In this document: positions 12,365 to 24,796 of the stretch, piece after piece
Position numbering within the stretch: position 1 is the stretch's first letter
How the letters are laid out: each line of letters starts with the position of its first letter
Source: Octopus sinensis
Taxonomy: Eukaryota
Assembly (NCBI RefSeq): GCF_006345805.1
Contig: NC_043007.1
Span: 68,944,001 to 69,008,000 of the forward strand
Length of the DNA: 64,000 nt
Direction: 5' to 3'
The notes under the pieces: model-generated
What the model was told of the DNA's origin: nothing
Databases searched by the model: none
Seen by the model: only the letters and a program-made list of their open reading frames with translations
Position numbers and translations under genes: made by a program

Positions 12365-12559
12365 TTTAAGATTAGGTGGGGTATATAATACTACTTGCTA
12401 AAGTCAGAACCATTGCTCCAAAAACCACCATAAAAATTATGCTAAAGATACAAACGAATGGATGTTTACATAATTACATAAAGATATTGCTAAGATCGTG
12501 ATGTATTTTATCTTCAACTTGAGAATATAATTCTATATGTATATTTTCTTCTTTTTTTA

Positions 12560-14330
12560 TCATACCGACATACGAAACCAATCGTGGTTCTTCATGCCAT
12601 CATGTATTTCACACCAGTGAACAACTTACAGGCGCTGTCGCCTATCCAGTATCTTACTATGCCTTCCCTGGTTTCTTTTCCCCTTTAGTTTTCCAGTAGA
12701 TGTTTTCATGTGTCCGAGTCTGTATCTATTTCGCTGCTGTTCAATAAACTTAACCTTCTGATTCATGAAGCTGTTAAGAAGTTTTCTGGTGGTTTTTGTT
12801 TGTCTAAGTACTTCAGCGCTTGTTACTCTCTCTGTATAGGGCTTATTCGGGTTTCGTCAAAGAACGACATTACTACAACATTTATAAGCTTTTGCACTTG
12901 TCTGTTGATATTCAAGGAGACGTGTCTATATGTAAGTATGGGTTTTATGCCTTCTCCTAGGAATTTTTTCCTCATGTATTGCCAGACGAATATTTGAACA
13001 GATATATTTGATCTTACAGGACAAGTAACAACGTAGAGAAGCCCTCTTCGGCTCATTCTCTTAACTGCTGTTGCTCTTATTTTGCTGTTATTGTTTAGTT
13101 CTCAGTTAGTCCTGGCCGACCAGATCTATTATCAAAGGAGTTCCAGCTGTGACAACCTCATCTTGCTTTATGACGGTCTATATCTAGCTTCCTTTTCAAT
13201 GACACTAGGCAGTGGTGCAAGAGAAGTTTGACTACTACTTTTTGCAAGAAGTGCAATCTCCCAGAAGCTCTCTTGTGGCCTCTCCAGTCTTTGATTAAAT
13301 GTTTTTGATGTTTTTCTCCGACTGGTTCGTAAATATTTAAAATTATCGATGCTTTTCAAAATTGCTCCAATAATTCTTATGTTGCAAACGGGTGATGCAG
13401 AAGACGCAAAAAAAAGTTCAAATTTTTATAGCCGTCGGTCTGGAACTAGTGGAGTTATAGTAGATGATAATGATTTCGTCATGTAGCAAATATCTTATTG
13501 TTTGGGTATTTTTTAGTCACCATCGTGACTGAGACCTAGGCACACTGTTCATTTGCTGTTGAAACGTTTATCAAGAATGGCAAATCTGAAGTGTTTTTGT
13601 CGTACCTTGTACTTTCTTTTAAATTATCATAATCGCCATTAAAACCCAAACTCGCATAATTAATATTTTTCTACTATAGGCAAAATGATTTTTTTCTACT
13701 ACAGGCCTGAAAATTCAGGGGAGGGGGCTAGTCGATTACATAGACTCTGGTGCTCAACTGCTAACTTATTTTATCAATCCGAAAAGATGAAAGGCAAAGT
13801 TGACCTCGATGGATTTTGAACTCAGAACGAAATGCTGTAAAACATACTGCTGCACATTTTGTCCGGTCTGTTAATGATTCTGCCAACTCGCCAGTCTGCT
13901 AGCATAAATAATTATTTTCTTCTATAGGCATAAGGCCAGGTGTTAAGCGTAAGCGGATAGCTTGTACTAATTTCATCGGATGAAAGGCAAAGCCGATCTC
14001 AACGAAATTTGAACCCAGAACGTGAACGTAAAGAGTCGGAAGAAATGCCGCTAAGCATTTTTTCAGCGTGCTATCAATTCTGCGAGCTCACCACCTTACT
14101 CTCACAAGGCCTGAAATTTTGTGGCAAGGGCAAGCCGATTACATCGACCTCAGTGCGCGATTGGTACTTATTTCGTACTTTTAAACTAACTTCTGTAGAT
14201 CTTTCTCTCATATTGCTGTGGTTACTGCATCGTCTGCATAAAGGATATTGCTGATATTTTGCCCTACTATGGGTACATCCGATGGATGTTCAATACCTTG
14301 CATGATTAAAAAATCCAGGTGATTACAGCT
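12560..14330 (-). mobile_element. 5'-truncated RTE-like LINE, fragmented and interrupted by SINEs
   Basis: In 5'-3' order on the minus strand: GQNISNILYADD (approx. 14230-14270), SIDNFKYL (approx. 13340), PYTERVTSAEVLRQ and GKLKGKRNQGR (approx. 12850-12680). Confidence 0.7.
13670..14175 (-). mobile_element. Two to three family A SINE pieces nested in the RTE fragment
   Basis: Reverse-complement motifs GATGAAAGGCAAAG...TTTGAACTCAGAAC...GAAATGC. Confidence 0.75.
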
Positions 14331-14424
14331 AATAAATATATTCTTGTCGTAACACGTTCTTTTATGTACGGTGGAAATACTCCAATAATACTTCATTCAT
14401 GACGTCATTATTGACATAGTGCAA

Positions 14425-14822
14425 AGCGGCGAGCTAGTAGAAACGTTAGCACACCGGACTAAATGCTTAGCCGTATTTCGTCTGCCGTTACGCTCTGAGT
14501 TCAAATTCCGCCGAGGTCGACTTTGCCTTTCATCCTTTCGGGGTCGATTAAATAAGTACCAGTTACGCACTGGGGTCGATGTAATCGACTTAATCCGTTT
14601 GTCTGTACTTGTTTGTCCGTTCTGTGTTTTGCCCCTTGCGGGTAGTAAAGAAATAGGTATTTCGCCAGAACATTTTGAGTTCAAATTCTGCCGAGGTCGA
14701 TTTTGCCTTTCATCCTTTCGGCGTCGATAGATTAAGGATCAGTCAAGTACTGGGGTCAATGTGATCGACTTTCTCCATTCCCCAAAATTTCAGGCCTTGT
14801 GCCTATAGTAGAAAGGATTATT
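14425..14822 (+). mobile_element. Young family A SINE (14425-14658) plus a second truncated unit
   Basis: GCGGCGAGCTAGTAGAAACGTTAG head, GAGTTCAAATTCC B box, long tail ending AAAGAAATAGG. Confidence 0.9.
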
Positions 14823-14974
14823 AACTCGGTGTCATGAAATATAAAATTGAAAGACTCTGTGAACCAACAAACTGCTTTACGTCTATCTAACGTGAAGCTT
14901 AAAACCCGACACTGAGCCATATTAGTAAGAGTACAGTTTTTATTTTTCGCTTCTGAGCTGACTTTCACACCATA

Positions 14975-15390
14975 CCCTCTTTTTACTCTTTTACTTGTTT
15001 CAGTCATTTGACTACGGCCATGCTGGAGCACCGCCTTTAGTCGAGCAAATCGACCCCAGGACTTATTCTTTAGAAGCCTAGTACTTATTCTACTGGTCTC
15101 TTTTGCTGAACCGCTAAGTTACGGGGACGTAAACACACCACCGTCAGTTGTCAAGCGATGTTGGGGGGACAAACACAGACACACAAACACACACACATAT
15201 ATATACATATACATATATACGACGGGTTTCCTTCAGTTTCCGTCTATCAAATCCACTCACAAGTCTTTGGTCGGCCCGAGGCTATAGTAAAAACACTTGC
15301 CCAAGGTGCCACGCAGTGGGACTGAACCCGGAACTATGTGATTGGTAAGCAAGCTACCACACGGTTACCACACAGTTACCAAACAGCCAC
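14975..15390 (-). mobile_element. Young family B SINE
   Basis: Close match to the copy at 27172-27555. Confidence 0.9.
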
Positions 15391-15944
15391 TCGTGCGCAT
15401 ACTAATAAAAATAATATCATTAGCTCTTTCTTTTTCGTTAATGAGGTGACATGTATAGCTTTTATATGCTTTGCATCAATCATGTAAATGGAATTAAAAT
15501 GTGTGTCAGCAATCTAATGTATTGTGTCTGAGATTTGAAATAATTGGCTTCAATATTCGCTTCTCAAAGCAATTTTCATATGTGTGTCTTTTATAAGTAT
15601 TTCGAACATATATTTTAGTAATAGCAGTACTTTTAATGACTTACAGCCTTCCCATTACATAATCTGATGATTGGGAGGGATGGTGATTTAAACTTAGCAA
15701 AGAAACAGTTGATATATGCACATATACATATACATATATACATGCACATGCACATATACATATATATGTGTCGGTGTCTGAACACACACACACACACATA
15801 TATATGTATTTACACATATACATACTTATATTCATTAATTCTTTTATACGTTTCAGCCCTAATGCTGTGGCCATACTGGAGCACCATCATGTGTGTGTGT
15901 CTGTGTGTGTGTGTGTGTGTGTATGTGTGCGTGTGTATGTGTCA

Positions 15945-16725
15945 CATATCATCTCATCTTCTTCGCTCACTTATGCTGGAAAGGTCGTGGGGCAGTGTCC
16001 TCAAGCACACTATCCATCGGCTCCTGTCAGAAGCAACCGTCTCCAGTTGATCCGGCTGGATCCTCAAGCAAGACCAACCAAGTTCACGGATGCTATCCAA
16101 AACATCCTGCACGTGGTCCACTCCTGGTCTCTTGTTTGGTCTTGCCCGCAAAACCTGTCCAGCGATTCTTTCCCAAGACGTTTCTAGCACCTACCCGTCG
16201 TATCGTTGCTGTGATCTCTCAATTCGGAAAAGTAGCGTCTAGCGCTTCTCTGATCTCCGAGCTACACACTCTGTCGTGTAAAGTTACTCCAAAGACACCT
16301 CCGACGAACCCTATCTCGGCCGCTTGTATTCCTGATCGTATTCTTTCTCATTACACCAGATCCACGAACATAAGTAAATGCAGGCACGACACCAAATTGA
16401 AGATAGCGAGTTTGCTCTTTACACCTACCTCCATCTTAATGATGAACGTATGGTGAAACTGGTGCATTGTTGCACCAGCTCTTGCAATTCTTGCACTTAG
16501 TTAAGCCTTCTACTTTCCATCATTCGTGAAAATGTCCTTGAGATACATTAACTTCTCTACCTGTTTCAGTAGAACTCACTCACATGTAGAGTGCATTGCG
16601 CAGTCTTCCTTGAGAGGACGAGTGTCTGTCTTCGCAGCACTGATTTTCATTCCTGCCAGCAGCACTCGGCAGCAAAACTATAAACTATATGTCGAAGATC
16701 ACCTATGTATATCAGTTAATTGTAA
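15945..16725 (-). mobile_element. RTE-like LINE 3' fragment (RT C-terminus), pseudogenised
   Basis: MKISAAKT, QVEKLMYL, RIARAG, IQAAEIGF, GVTLHDRVCSSEIREAL, ELGWSCLRIQPDQLETVASDRSRW. Confidence 0.85.
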
Positions 16726-17738
16726 GATGCAAATGTCAACAATTATGACGTTGAAAGGCAAAATGTAGCCATTTTTAAGAGACTTGATGTGTCGGGTTAC
16801 CAGATGTAAGTGGTACGTTGGAGTCAGAAAATGTTAACGGTATAATTATAACTGGTAGACCGTGGTAGGTTGAGACGTGGAAGAATGGAGATAAAAAGAG
16901 GCTGAGAAAGGTTGTCTGTGACAGTTAATTATTTCTGGATGCACTGAGAGAAACTGAAGCGAGATGATTTATACTCATATTTTATTCAACCTTACGAAGT
17001 TTTTCACAATCACGACGAGTTGGAAGTAATTACAAATGATAGTTTTGATAGAGAATCTCTTGTAGTGGGCTGCTGCAGACTTTATGTGAAGTTGACGTAA
17101 GGTTATCATAGATGAGAAAGTAAATGTCTACAAGCGGTTGAGTAAAATATGAGGGAAATTAATTCTCAGAAAGTTGCGCAGAGAAAGAGACTGTTTCTCA
17201 ACAGGTAACTCGAATTTATAGCTGTCCTGAAGTTGAACTAGGTCAATAACAATGAAATTAGATGATCTATCTAAATCAAATTTTGTCTCGTTTAAGATGG
17301 TGGAGAACTTGACAGGTTGAACCAACAAATTCTAAGAACGAAGTCAAAAAGAATGGAATCAAACATGAAGATTGAGGTTTCAATTCTTGTTTACGAATTC
17401 ATTATGTCTCCCGTACGCACGCATGTATATTTACACATACACACACACATTCACACAAACATACATATATACACATACACACACACATATATGAATAGTG
17501 TATGTACAGATACACACGCATATATATGTGTGTGCGTGAAGTTTGTACAAAAGGTGGTGATTTATGTCGTTGCTGTACAGACATTTTTGCTTGAAGCAAT
17601 AATTTCTCCACGCAAGTGTCGCATTAAGCAACAAACTTCGGAAAATGTTAGAATCAATCACCATCGTCTTACAAATTCATATATTAATATATGTGTTCAA
17701 TAAAACATTTCTCAGATTTTTTAATCTAAGAGAACATA

Positions 17739-17815
<77 letters not shown>

Positions 17816-17817
17816 GT

Positions 17818-17887
<70 letters not shown>
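17739..17887. repeat. Inverted tetranucleotide pair (ATCT)n-GTAT-(AGAT)n
   Basis: About 70-nt complementary arms read directly. Confidence 0.95.
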
Positions 17888-17889
17888 TT

Positions 17890-18106
17890 TTACTTTTTTT
17901 TATTGTTTTAGTCATTTGACTGCGGCCATGCTGGATCACCGCCTTGAAACGTTTTACTCAAACGAATCGAGTCCAGGCCTTTTACACAACTTCTAAGTTA
18001 CGGGAGCGTAAATACACCAACACCGGTCGTCAAGCGGTGAGGGGAAAAACACGCGTACACGCAAACATACGTACATATATATTTATTACATACATATACA
18101 TGTGTG

Positions 18107-18159
<53 letters not shown>

Positions 18160-18355
18160 GGAGAGAGATTACATATATAGACGTGTATACATACATGCAT
18201 ACGACGGGCTTCTTTCAGCTTCCGTCAACCAGATCCACTCACAAGGTTTTCGTCAGCCCGTGGCTATAGTAGAGGACACTTGACCAAGATGCCACGCAGT
18301 GGGATTGTACCCGAAACCATGTGATTGGGAAGCAAGCTTCTTACAACATAGCCAT
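17890..18355 (-). mobile_element. Family B SINE with expanded internal (TA)n(GA)n
   Basis: B head, core and tail motifs. Confidence 0.85.
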
Positions 18356-20029
18356 TCATATATGTATGAATGTACGCATATATGCATGTACATGTGATGG
18401 TTGTCTACTTGTAAGATGAACATAACTATCACTGACTGGTAATGCCAACAGTACTCATGTAAGTGTTTTAAGTCGAGTGTGGCATGTATAGCACCTCAAT
18501 GACTCTCAGAAGCAATACTAAGAAACCCAGAGATAAGCAAAGTGCAATATATCTGGTTCAATAGAGCAACAATTTTTATATACGAGTTAGTCTTCTAGAA
18601 GGATGCATTAAAAAAGAACCAGGTATCCCTCGCTCCATGTGGATTTACTGCGCCTCTGACACTAACCCGAGTATTTCTATGCAAGACCACTCATATACAA
18701 GTTAATCCATGAATGGGACACGTTAGTGCTACTATTCCAGGACAGAGGAGACCTGGGAGAGACAGTGTCTAAAAGGTAGATTCACACACCCCAAAAAATG
18801 TTCAAACTCTTGAACCAGAGCCCCAGTAGCGCAATTTGAAGTCGTACCCATGAATATATTCATATATATACAGATACGTATATTATATATACTGGTAGCC
18901 ACTTGATAATATTTTCATTTGATTCCAATTTATAATAATCTTTATATTTTACGTCTAATTGTTTCTTTGTATAATAGTGCTCACTTGCTTAGTAAATATT
19001 GCTTTCATTATTGTATGACACTCATAATCTCTCTTATTCAAACAAACATCAGAGTGGTCCAACAACAGAGGGGGAGCAGTTTGTCAAGTTTTTCCTCCCC
19101 CTCAAAGCAACATAAAGATTTCAATTCAGCGGCCCATCTGTAAGCTTTACAGCGTGTGTGTGAGTGAGAGACAGAATATTACATGCAATGAATGAAATAA
19201 ACATGAAATAAAACTATCGTATAAATAAAAGGGCATTACTACAGTTGTATACGCTCTCGACTTTGTTGCCTCATAACATCCAGAAAAATGGATACTTTTT
19301 AACAAAATTTTCTACAAATACCGCTTAGATTTTGTGGCTTCAGAGTATAAAGGGATTTATGGGAAAGAATTTTTGCGAGGGGGTGGACAGGAGGGTTTCA
19401 GAAAATTCACACGATCTGATGCTTTTTCCCTCATATCTGTCAGGAAGATGAATATCTTTTAATGAAAATTCATACAAAGCCCGTTCAAATTGCATAGATT
19501 ACGATTATAAAGAAATTTGTGGGGGAAATTTTTTCGGGGATTTTCCCCATTTTTTAAAAACTACAGCCATCGAAATGATGGGGTTGGGGGCATCTTCGTG
19601 TGAAAAAAGTTTTGAAAACTCTTTTTTATACACCCCCTCCCTCATCATCCCACTCCGGACCTACTTTGGCCAGTTTTTTTTTTTGCACTTCAAAACCATG
19701 GGATGAGCATTTTCGGTAAAAAAAAAAGTTTTAAAAATTGTTTATATTTTCGGAGGGAAACGTGATTTAAGGGCGATTTGGCTGTTGCTTCTTGCACATC
19801 CAAAGAAACTCCTCCTCGTTTCTTTATCACTCTCTCATGTATTGATGTTTTCCAATATTTTCCCTTATAATTACATTTATATACTATAAAAAAGAAAATT
19901 CGAGAAACTATGAATTTTTTGTAATCCCACACCCTGCCCTTGATTGTGTCTGTTTAGAAATTAAGATACAGGAGAGCCTGAGGTCATTGACAGAATTTAT
20001 CCACAGTGGTTTAAAAAAATTACGGAGAT

Positions 20030-20250
20030 GTACTTGCATAGTAAGTGACGTGATCTGAGATCGGGTGCTGAAACAAAAGCAATTGCAGCGAGGAAGATGT
20101 TTGTAAGCCATTCAAGAACACACAAATACCGTTAGTTTCACTTCAACATTGAAACTTCATTTGTGTCAAAATATTTTCGTCGCTTTGAAACCGCGACCTA
20201 TTCACAGACAAAACTTCACAAAAGTAAAGCAGCACGAAGTTTTGTGAGTG
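20030..20250 (-). mobile_element. pLTR/retrozyme-like repeat with variant hammerhead (20164-20210)
   Basis: TGTCT-GTGAATA-G-GTCGC(GGTTTCAAA)GCGAC-GAA-AATATT-T-TGACA, followed by a T-rich tail. Confidence 0.45.
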
Positions 20251-20334
20251 AACAGCACGCACACACACACACACACACATTCATTGCCTTTCATGTGTGT
20301 ATGTGTATCTATGTGTGTGTGAGAGTATGCATTG

Positions 20335-20366
<32 letters not shown>

Positions 20367-20871
20367 CTGTGGAAGTTGTGTTTGGAAACTGTGAATAAGG
20401 TGCAAGTTTCGAGTACTTGTCGGTAACTTTTTGTTTGTATTTTTCTCGTCTTCTAATAGTAATTATCCAACTTTCTTGGCTCTTCTAACAGCTATCCTGC
20501 GTTCAAAAATTATACGGATATCTTAAATTTTTTTCATACAATAAATAATAATTTTACATTGCGTATCTATTAATAGCGAATGATAAGTTAAAAGAAAAAG
20601 TGAGAAACTTTGCAAATGAGAATGGATTACACCGCAGTGAATGCAACGCATATTTAAATCTATGATGAATTTGACACAATCGATATTTAAGTTTGTGAGA
20701 AAATGAAGTTTAAAAACTTCAATAAACTTGAGAAATCGAAATTAAAGGAAATTTATTAAAACATGAATTTATAAAAATATTTCCCTACGGTCAACCCTTT
20801 AATAATTGCTTTCTTTTAGTATTTTTAGTAATTGTTACATACCTAATTAATAAGCAGCTTTCTCCATTATA

Positions 20872-20872
<1 letters not shown>

Positions 20873-20942
<70 letters not shown>

Positions 20943-20945
20943 TAT

Positions 20946-21003
<58 letters not shown>

Positions 21004-21057
21004 ATATATATACACACACATATATATATATATGTATAGGCAGTTAGGTAGTTGTAG

Positions 21058-21112
<55 letters not shown>

Positions 21113-21130
21113 TACATATATATATACGTA
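20873..21130. repeat. Compound (TA)n/(CA)n microsatellite
   Basis: Direct reading. Confidence 0.95.
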
Positions 21131-21589
21131 CATACGTATGTACGTACATACATACATACAACCCATAAACACACTTATCCCATGGGAATTAATCTATCAG
21201 GAATTAATGTCACAGTCTTGTAAAACAGAGAGTGAGAGTGAGACGAGAGGGCGAGAACGAGAGAGAGTGAAGGAGAAAGAACATCAGAAAGAATGTGGAA
21301 CTTCATAAATTCATTACCATAACATGAATTCATTAAACAAACATTTTAAGTTGCTTATTAGCTGACACTACATGAATTGTACACAATGATATCGTGATTA
21401 TTATTCTGATATCAGATGGGAAGAGAAATCAAATTTCTAATCGATATTTCAACGTCTTTTCTCTGAGAAAATAACTTATGGTTTCTTTTTATCCTGTATT
21501 CTGGTGCGAGTATGTGTGTATGTGCGCGTGTGTGTATCTGTGTGTATGTACGTGTGAGTGTGTGTGAATGTGTGTATGTGCGTGTGTGA

Positions 21590-21641
<52 letters not shown>

Positions 21642-21735
21642 GTCTGTCTGTCTGTCTGTCTGTCTGCTTGTCAGTCAGTCGGTCTATCCGTCTATCTATC
21701 TATTTATCTATCTATTTGTCTATCTATCTATCTAT
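21590..21735. repeat. (ATCT)n/(GTCT)n microsatellite
   Basis: Direct reading. Confidence 0.9.
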
Positions 21736-22020
21736 TCTTTGGAGCTGTAGTTCTCTTGAAAGTTTATTAAATTGTTACGACCTCAGCAACATACAATTCC
21801 CGCTGATAAAATTTCGAAAATGGACAGAGAAATTCGAAGGTGTTGGTCCAATGACAGACTACCTGTCACGTGTACAAGAGAGGTCGGCGCATGTACCACG
21901 GACAGTCTTAACCAAAAGAGTGTTTCAACCCAAAATTTTATAGGAGTATATGTATTGCTTCCAAAATTATTATTCCCCAAAAATAATCAATTAACTTTCT
22001 CTCAAAAGTTTTATATACAA

Positions 22021-22059
<39 letters not shown>

Positions 22060-22284
22060 ATTAGTCAATTTAGGGTAGCAAAAAATTCAATAGAAATTTA
22101 TCGCTACCAGCGGCCTAGTGGAAAAGAGAAAATAGTCAAAGACTAAATATATAAAAAATATAACAATTTAGGAGTGACCTTAACAGGCCATTCGTCCACC
22201 AGAGAGAGCAGCCATAACTCACACCGCCAAGTAGTAGTAATTCAGAAATTAGGTGAAAATTTAAAAACATTTACCCTAATTCAT

Positions 22285-22384
22285 CTTTTAGACGATGCAT
22301 CGTTTCTGTGTTATTGATGATTAAATTAGCTTAATTAAATTAAATTAATCTAATCTACCATAGGTCACACTTCATCAGCAAAAA
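22285..22384 (-). ncRNA. Type I hammerhead ribozyme, left-arm copy
   Basis: Mirror of 22559-22657, with a G.U pair instead of A-U closing stem I. Confidence 0.55.
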
Positions 22385-22558
22385 ACCCTGGGAGAGACAA
22401 ATATACACGAGGCGTCTGTATCGATGCCTCCGGAATATCTGTCTTAAAATTTTCAAGACCGACGTATTGGCGCGAATACGTCGGTCTTGAAAATTTTAAG
22501 ACAGATATTCCGGAGGCATCGATACAGACGCCTCGTGTATATTTGTCTCTCCCAGGGT

Positions 22559-22657
22559 TTTTTACTGATGAAGTGTGACCTATGGTAGATTAGCTTAATT
22601 TAATTTAATAAGCTAATTTAATCATCAATAACACAGAAACGATGCATCGTCTAAAAG
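22559..22657 (+). ncRNA. Type I hammerhead ribozyme, right-arm copy
   Basis: Stem I TTTTA/TAAAA, core CTGATGA (22565-71), long AU-rich stem II, GAAAC (22636-40), palindromic stem III ACGATGCATCGT, GTC triplet (22649-51). Confidence 0.6.
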
Positions 22658-22778
22658 ATGAATTAGGGTAAATGTTTTTAAATTTTCACCTAATTTCTGA
22701 ATTACTACTACTTGGCGGTGTGAGTTATTGCTGCTCTCTCTGGTGGACGAATGGCCTGTTAAGGTCACTCCTAAATTG

Positions 22779-22866
<88 letters not shown>

Positions 22867-23069
22867 GAAGTGTACAGTATTATTTATCCATTACGACCGA
22901 TTTTACTAATCGGTTTCGCGCTAGGGATTCAAAAGAGTATTAGGTAACATTCTGATTATGTATCCCTGTGATTATCAGAGGTGCCTGTTGTGGAATGAAA
23001 TTCCGTTGAATCCCTCGCACGAACTCGATTAAGATCGGGCGTAATGAATATGGAATTCTGTACACTTCG
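22867..23069. repeat. Imperfect inverted repeat (about 65-bp arms), MITE-like
   Basis: GAAGTGTACAG...AGGGATTCAA versus TTGAATCCCT...CTGTACACTTC. Confidence 0.7.
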
Positions 23070-23155
23070 ATTAAAATACCCAGTCTATTGACATGTGTGT
23101 CTATAGACATACATACACATACACGCAAACACGCACATTTCTATACATACATGCT

Positions 23156-23262
<107 letters not shown>

Positions 23263-24749
23263 CATGTCAATCAGTTGGATCTGATCAGGTGATACTAGCA
23301 ACAAATTTTATAGGGGTTTTTTGTTATACAGGTGTGGAAACAAGCGGACAAGTAGTTATTAGGAAAAAAGAGCGAAATAGTTTTAGAATTTCCGAAGTAT
23401 TTCAACAGAGACGAATGGAATAATTCTGAATAGGACACGCAATAAGAGTTTAGTACACAAGGTGACCGCCTAATGCACCACAGTCAGATGGGATTATATC
23501 TAAGTTGTCTATCATGATTCAAACAACTTAGATATAATTTCTTATTCTATCCAGTATCATGAAATCTTAGTAAGAAAGAAAGCATACAAATTAAAATTCT
23601 CTTGCCTAAGTTTTCGGGTTAGGGATACATTGATCCCCCCCACCACTTTCCTCAACTAATCTTGGAATCCGTGAACCGTGTCATGGACACTGCCTAGCCG
23701 TATGACTAAAAGATAAAAAATTCATGTTATTCACATATACGCACGTAACCCTCACCACCCATTTTCTCTACCGAAGTATCGAACCGTTCTGCGTAACCTC
23801 TCCAGTGCACAATCACTGCCTATTCTCATAATACCCTCCCACAAACATAATGTCTTACTTGAAGTTGTACACAAAGCTGTACACATTCACCCAAGACAAT
23901 GTTTGCAAAGTTATCTTTTCGCTCACACACACACATACGCACGCGCTCACGCATACATGCGCACAACTGTTTAAACATCTAATTCACTTCAATTGCTCAT
24001 CATTCTTCCTCATCTATCTCCACAAGCTCATTTTACGAAGTCTTGTATACTACACACCACCCATGAACAGCTACCTCCATTCACTATCCGCACATCACAC
24101 ATGTTTTGTCCATACTTTTTCGGTCTATCGATCTGTCTGTTACCATCTTGCTGTCTACACCAGTGAACCAATCTTGACGAAACTTTGCATACTTGTTATA
24201 CTAACATCCAGTTCACTTATAGGCTAATTGGATTTCAATAAAATTCTATAATGGCCCCTTAGTGTGGTTGGGCTATTATTTGATAGATTGAGAAGGGCGC
24301 AAAGAGTGTTAGTGTGAGGGATATGTGGTGGAATAGCGAGTGTGGTTGATATCAGGGAAGGGGACAACAGCGTTGTGTAAGCGACAAATATGGAGTGGCA
24401 ATGGAATATTAATGTTAATATAGCTGTCATTCACGGATATAAACGCGATGCTGAATACATAAAATACATAGATACATACACACACTACATACACATACAC
24501 ACACACACATGCACATACATATAACTAACTTTTAAAACACCGAGGAAGAGAAAGAAAGGTGGGTGTGAGGAATACATAAGGGTGGCTTTTCTACTGTCAA
24601 TCGTAAAGAAACACTTACACACAGATACATACATATACATATATACGCATATACATACATATGTATATACGTATATATTTATACTCGTGATTACCTGTGT
24701 GTACATTTGTAAATGTCTGCGTGCGTATGTATGTGTGTGTTTGTGTGCA

Positions 24750-24796
<47 letters not shown>

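Larger units (their letters stand above)
22158..22784. repeat. 627-bp near-perfect palindrome (about 313-bp arms, no spacer), probably inverted Penelope-like pLTRs
   Basis: Arms are reverse complements with about 4 substitutions and 1 indel; centre ATTGGCGCGAAT at 22471/22472. Confidence 0.95.

Noticed and set aside
16960-17100. Open frame EKLKRDDLYSYFIQPYEVFHNHDELEV as an exon
   Set aside because: It has a good donor (GTAAGG) but no credible pyrimidine-rich acceptor.
19270-19900. G/C-run-rich block as a MITE or G-quadruplex
   Set aside because: It looks like DNA-transposon interior, but I could not find terminal inverted repeats, a TSD or four closely spaced G-tracts.
23614-23625. GGGTTAGGG telomeric motif
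   Set aside because: A single occurrence, expected by chance.
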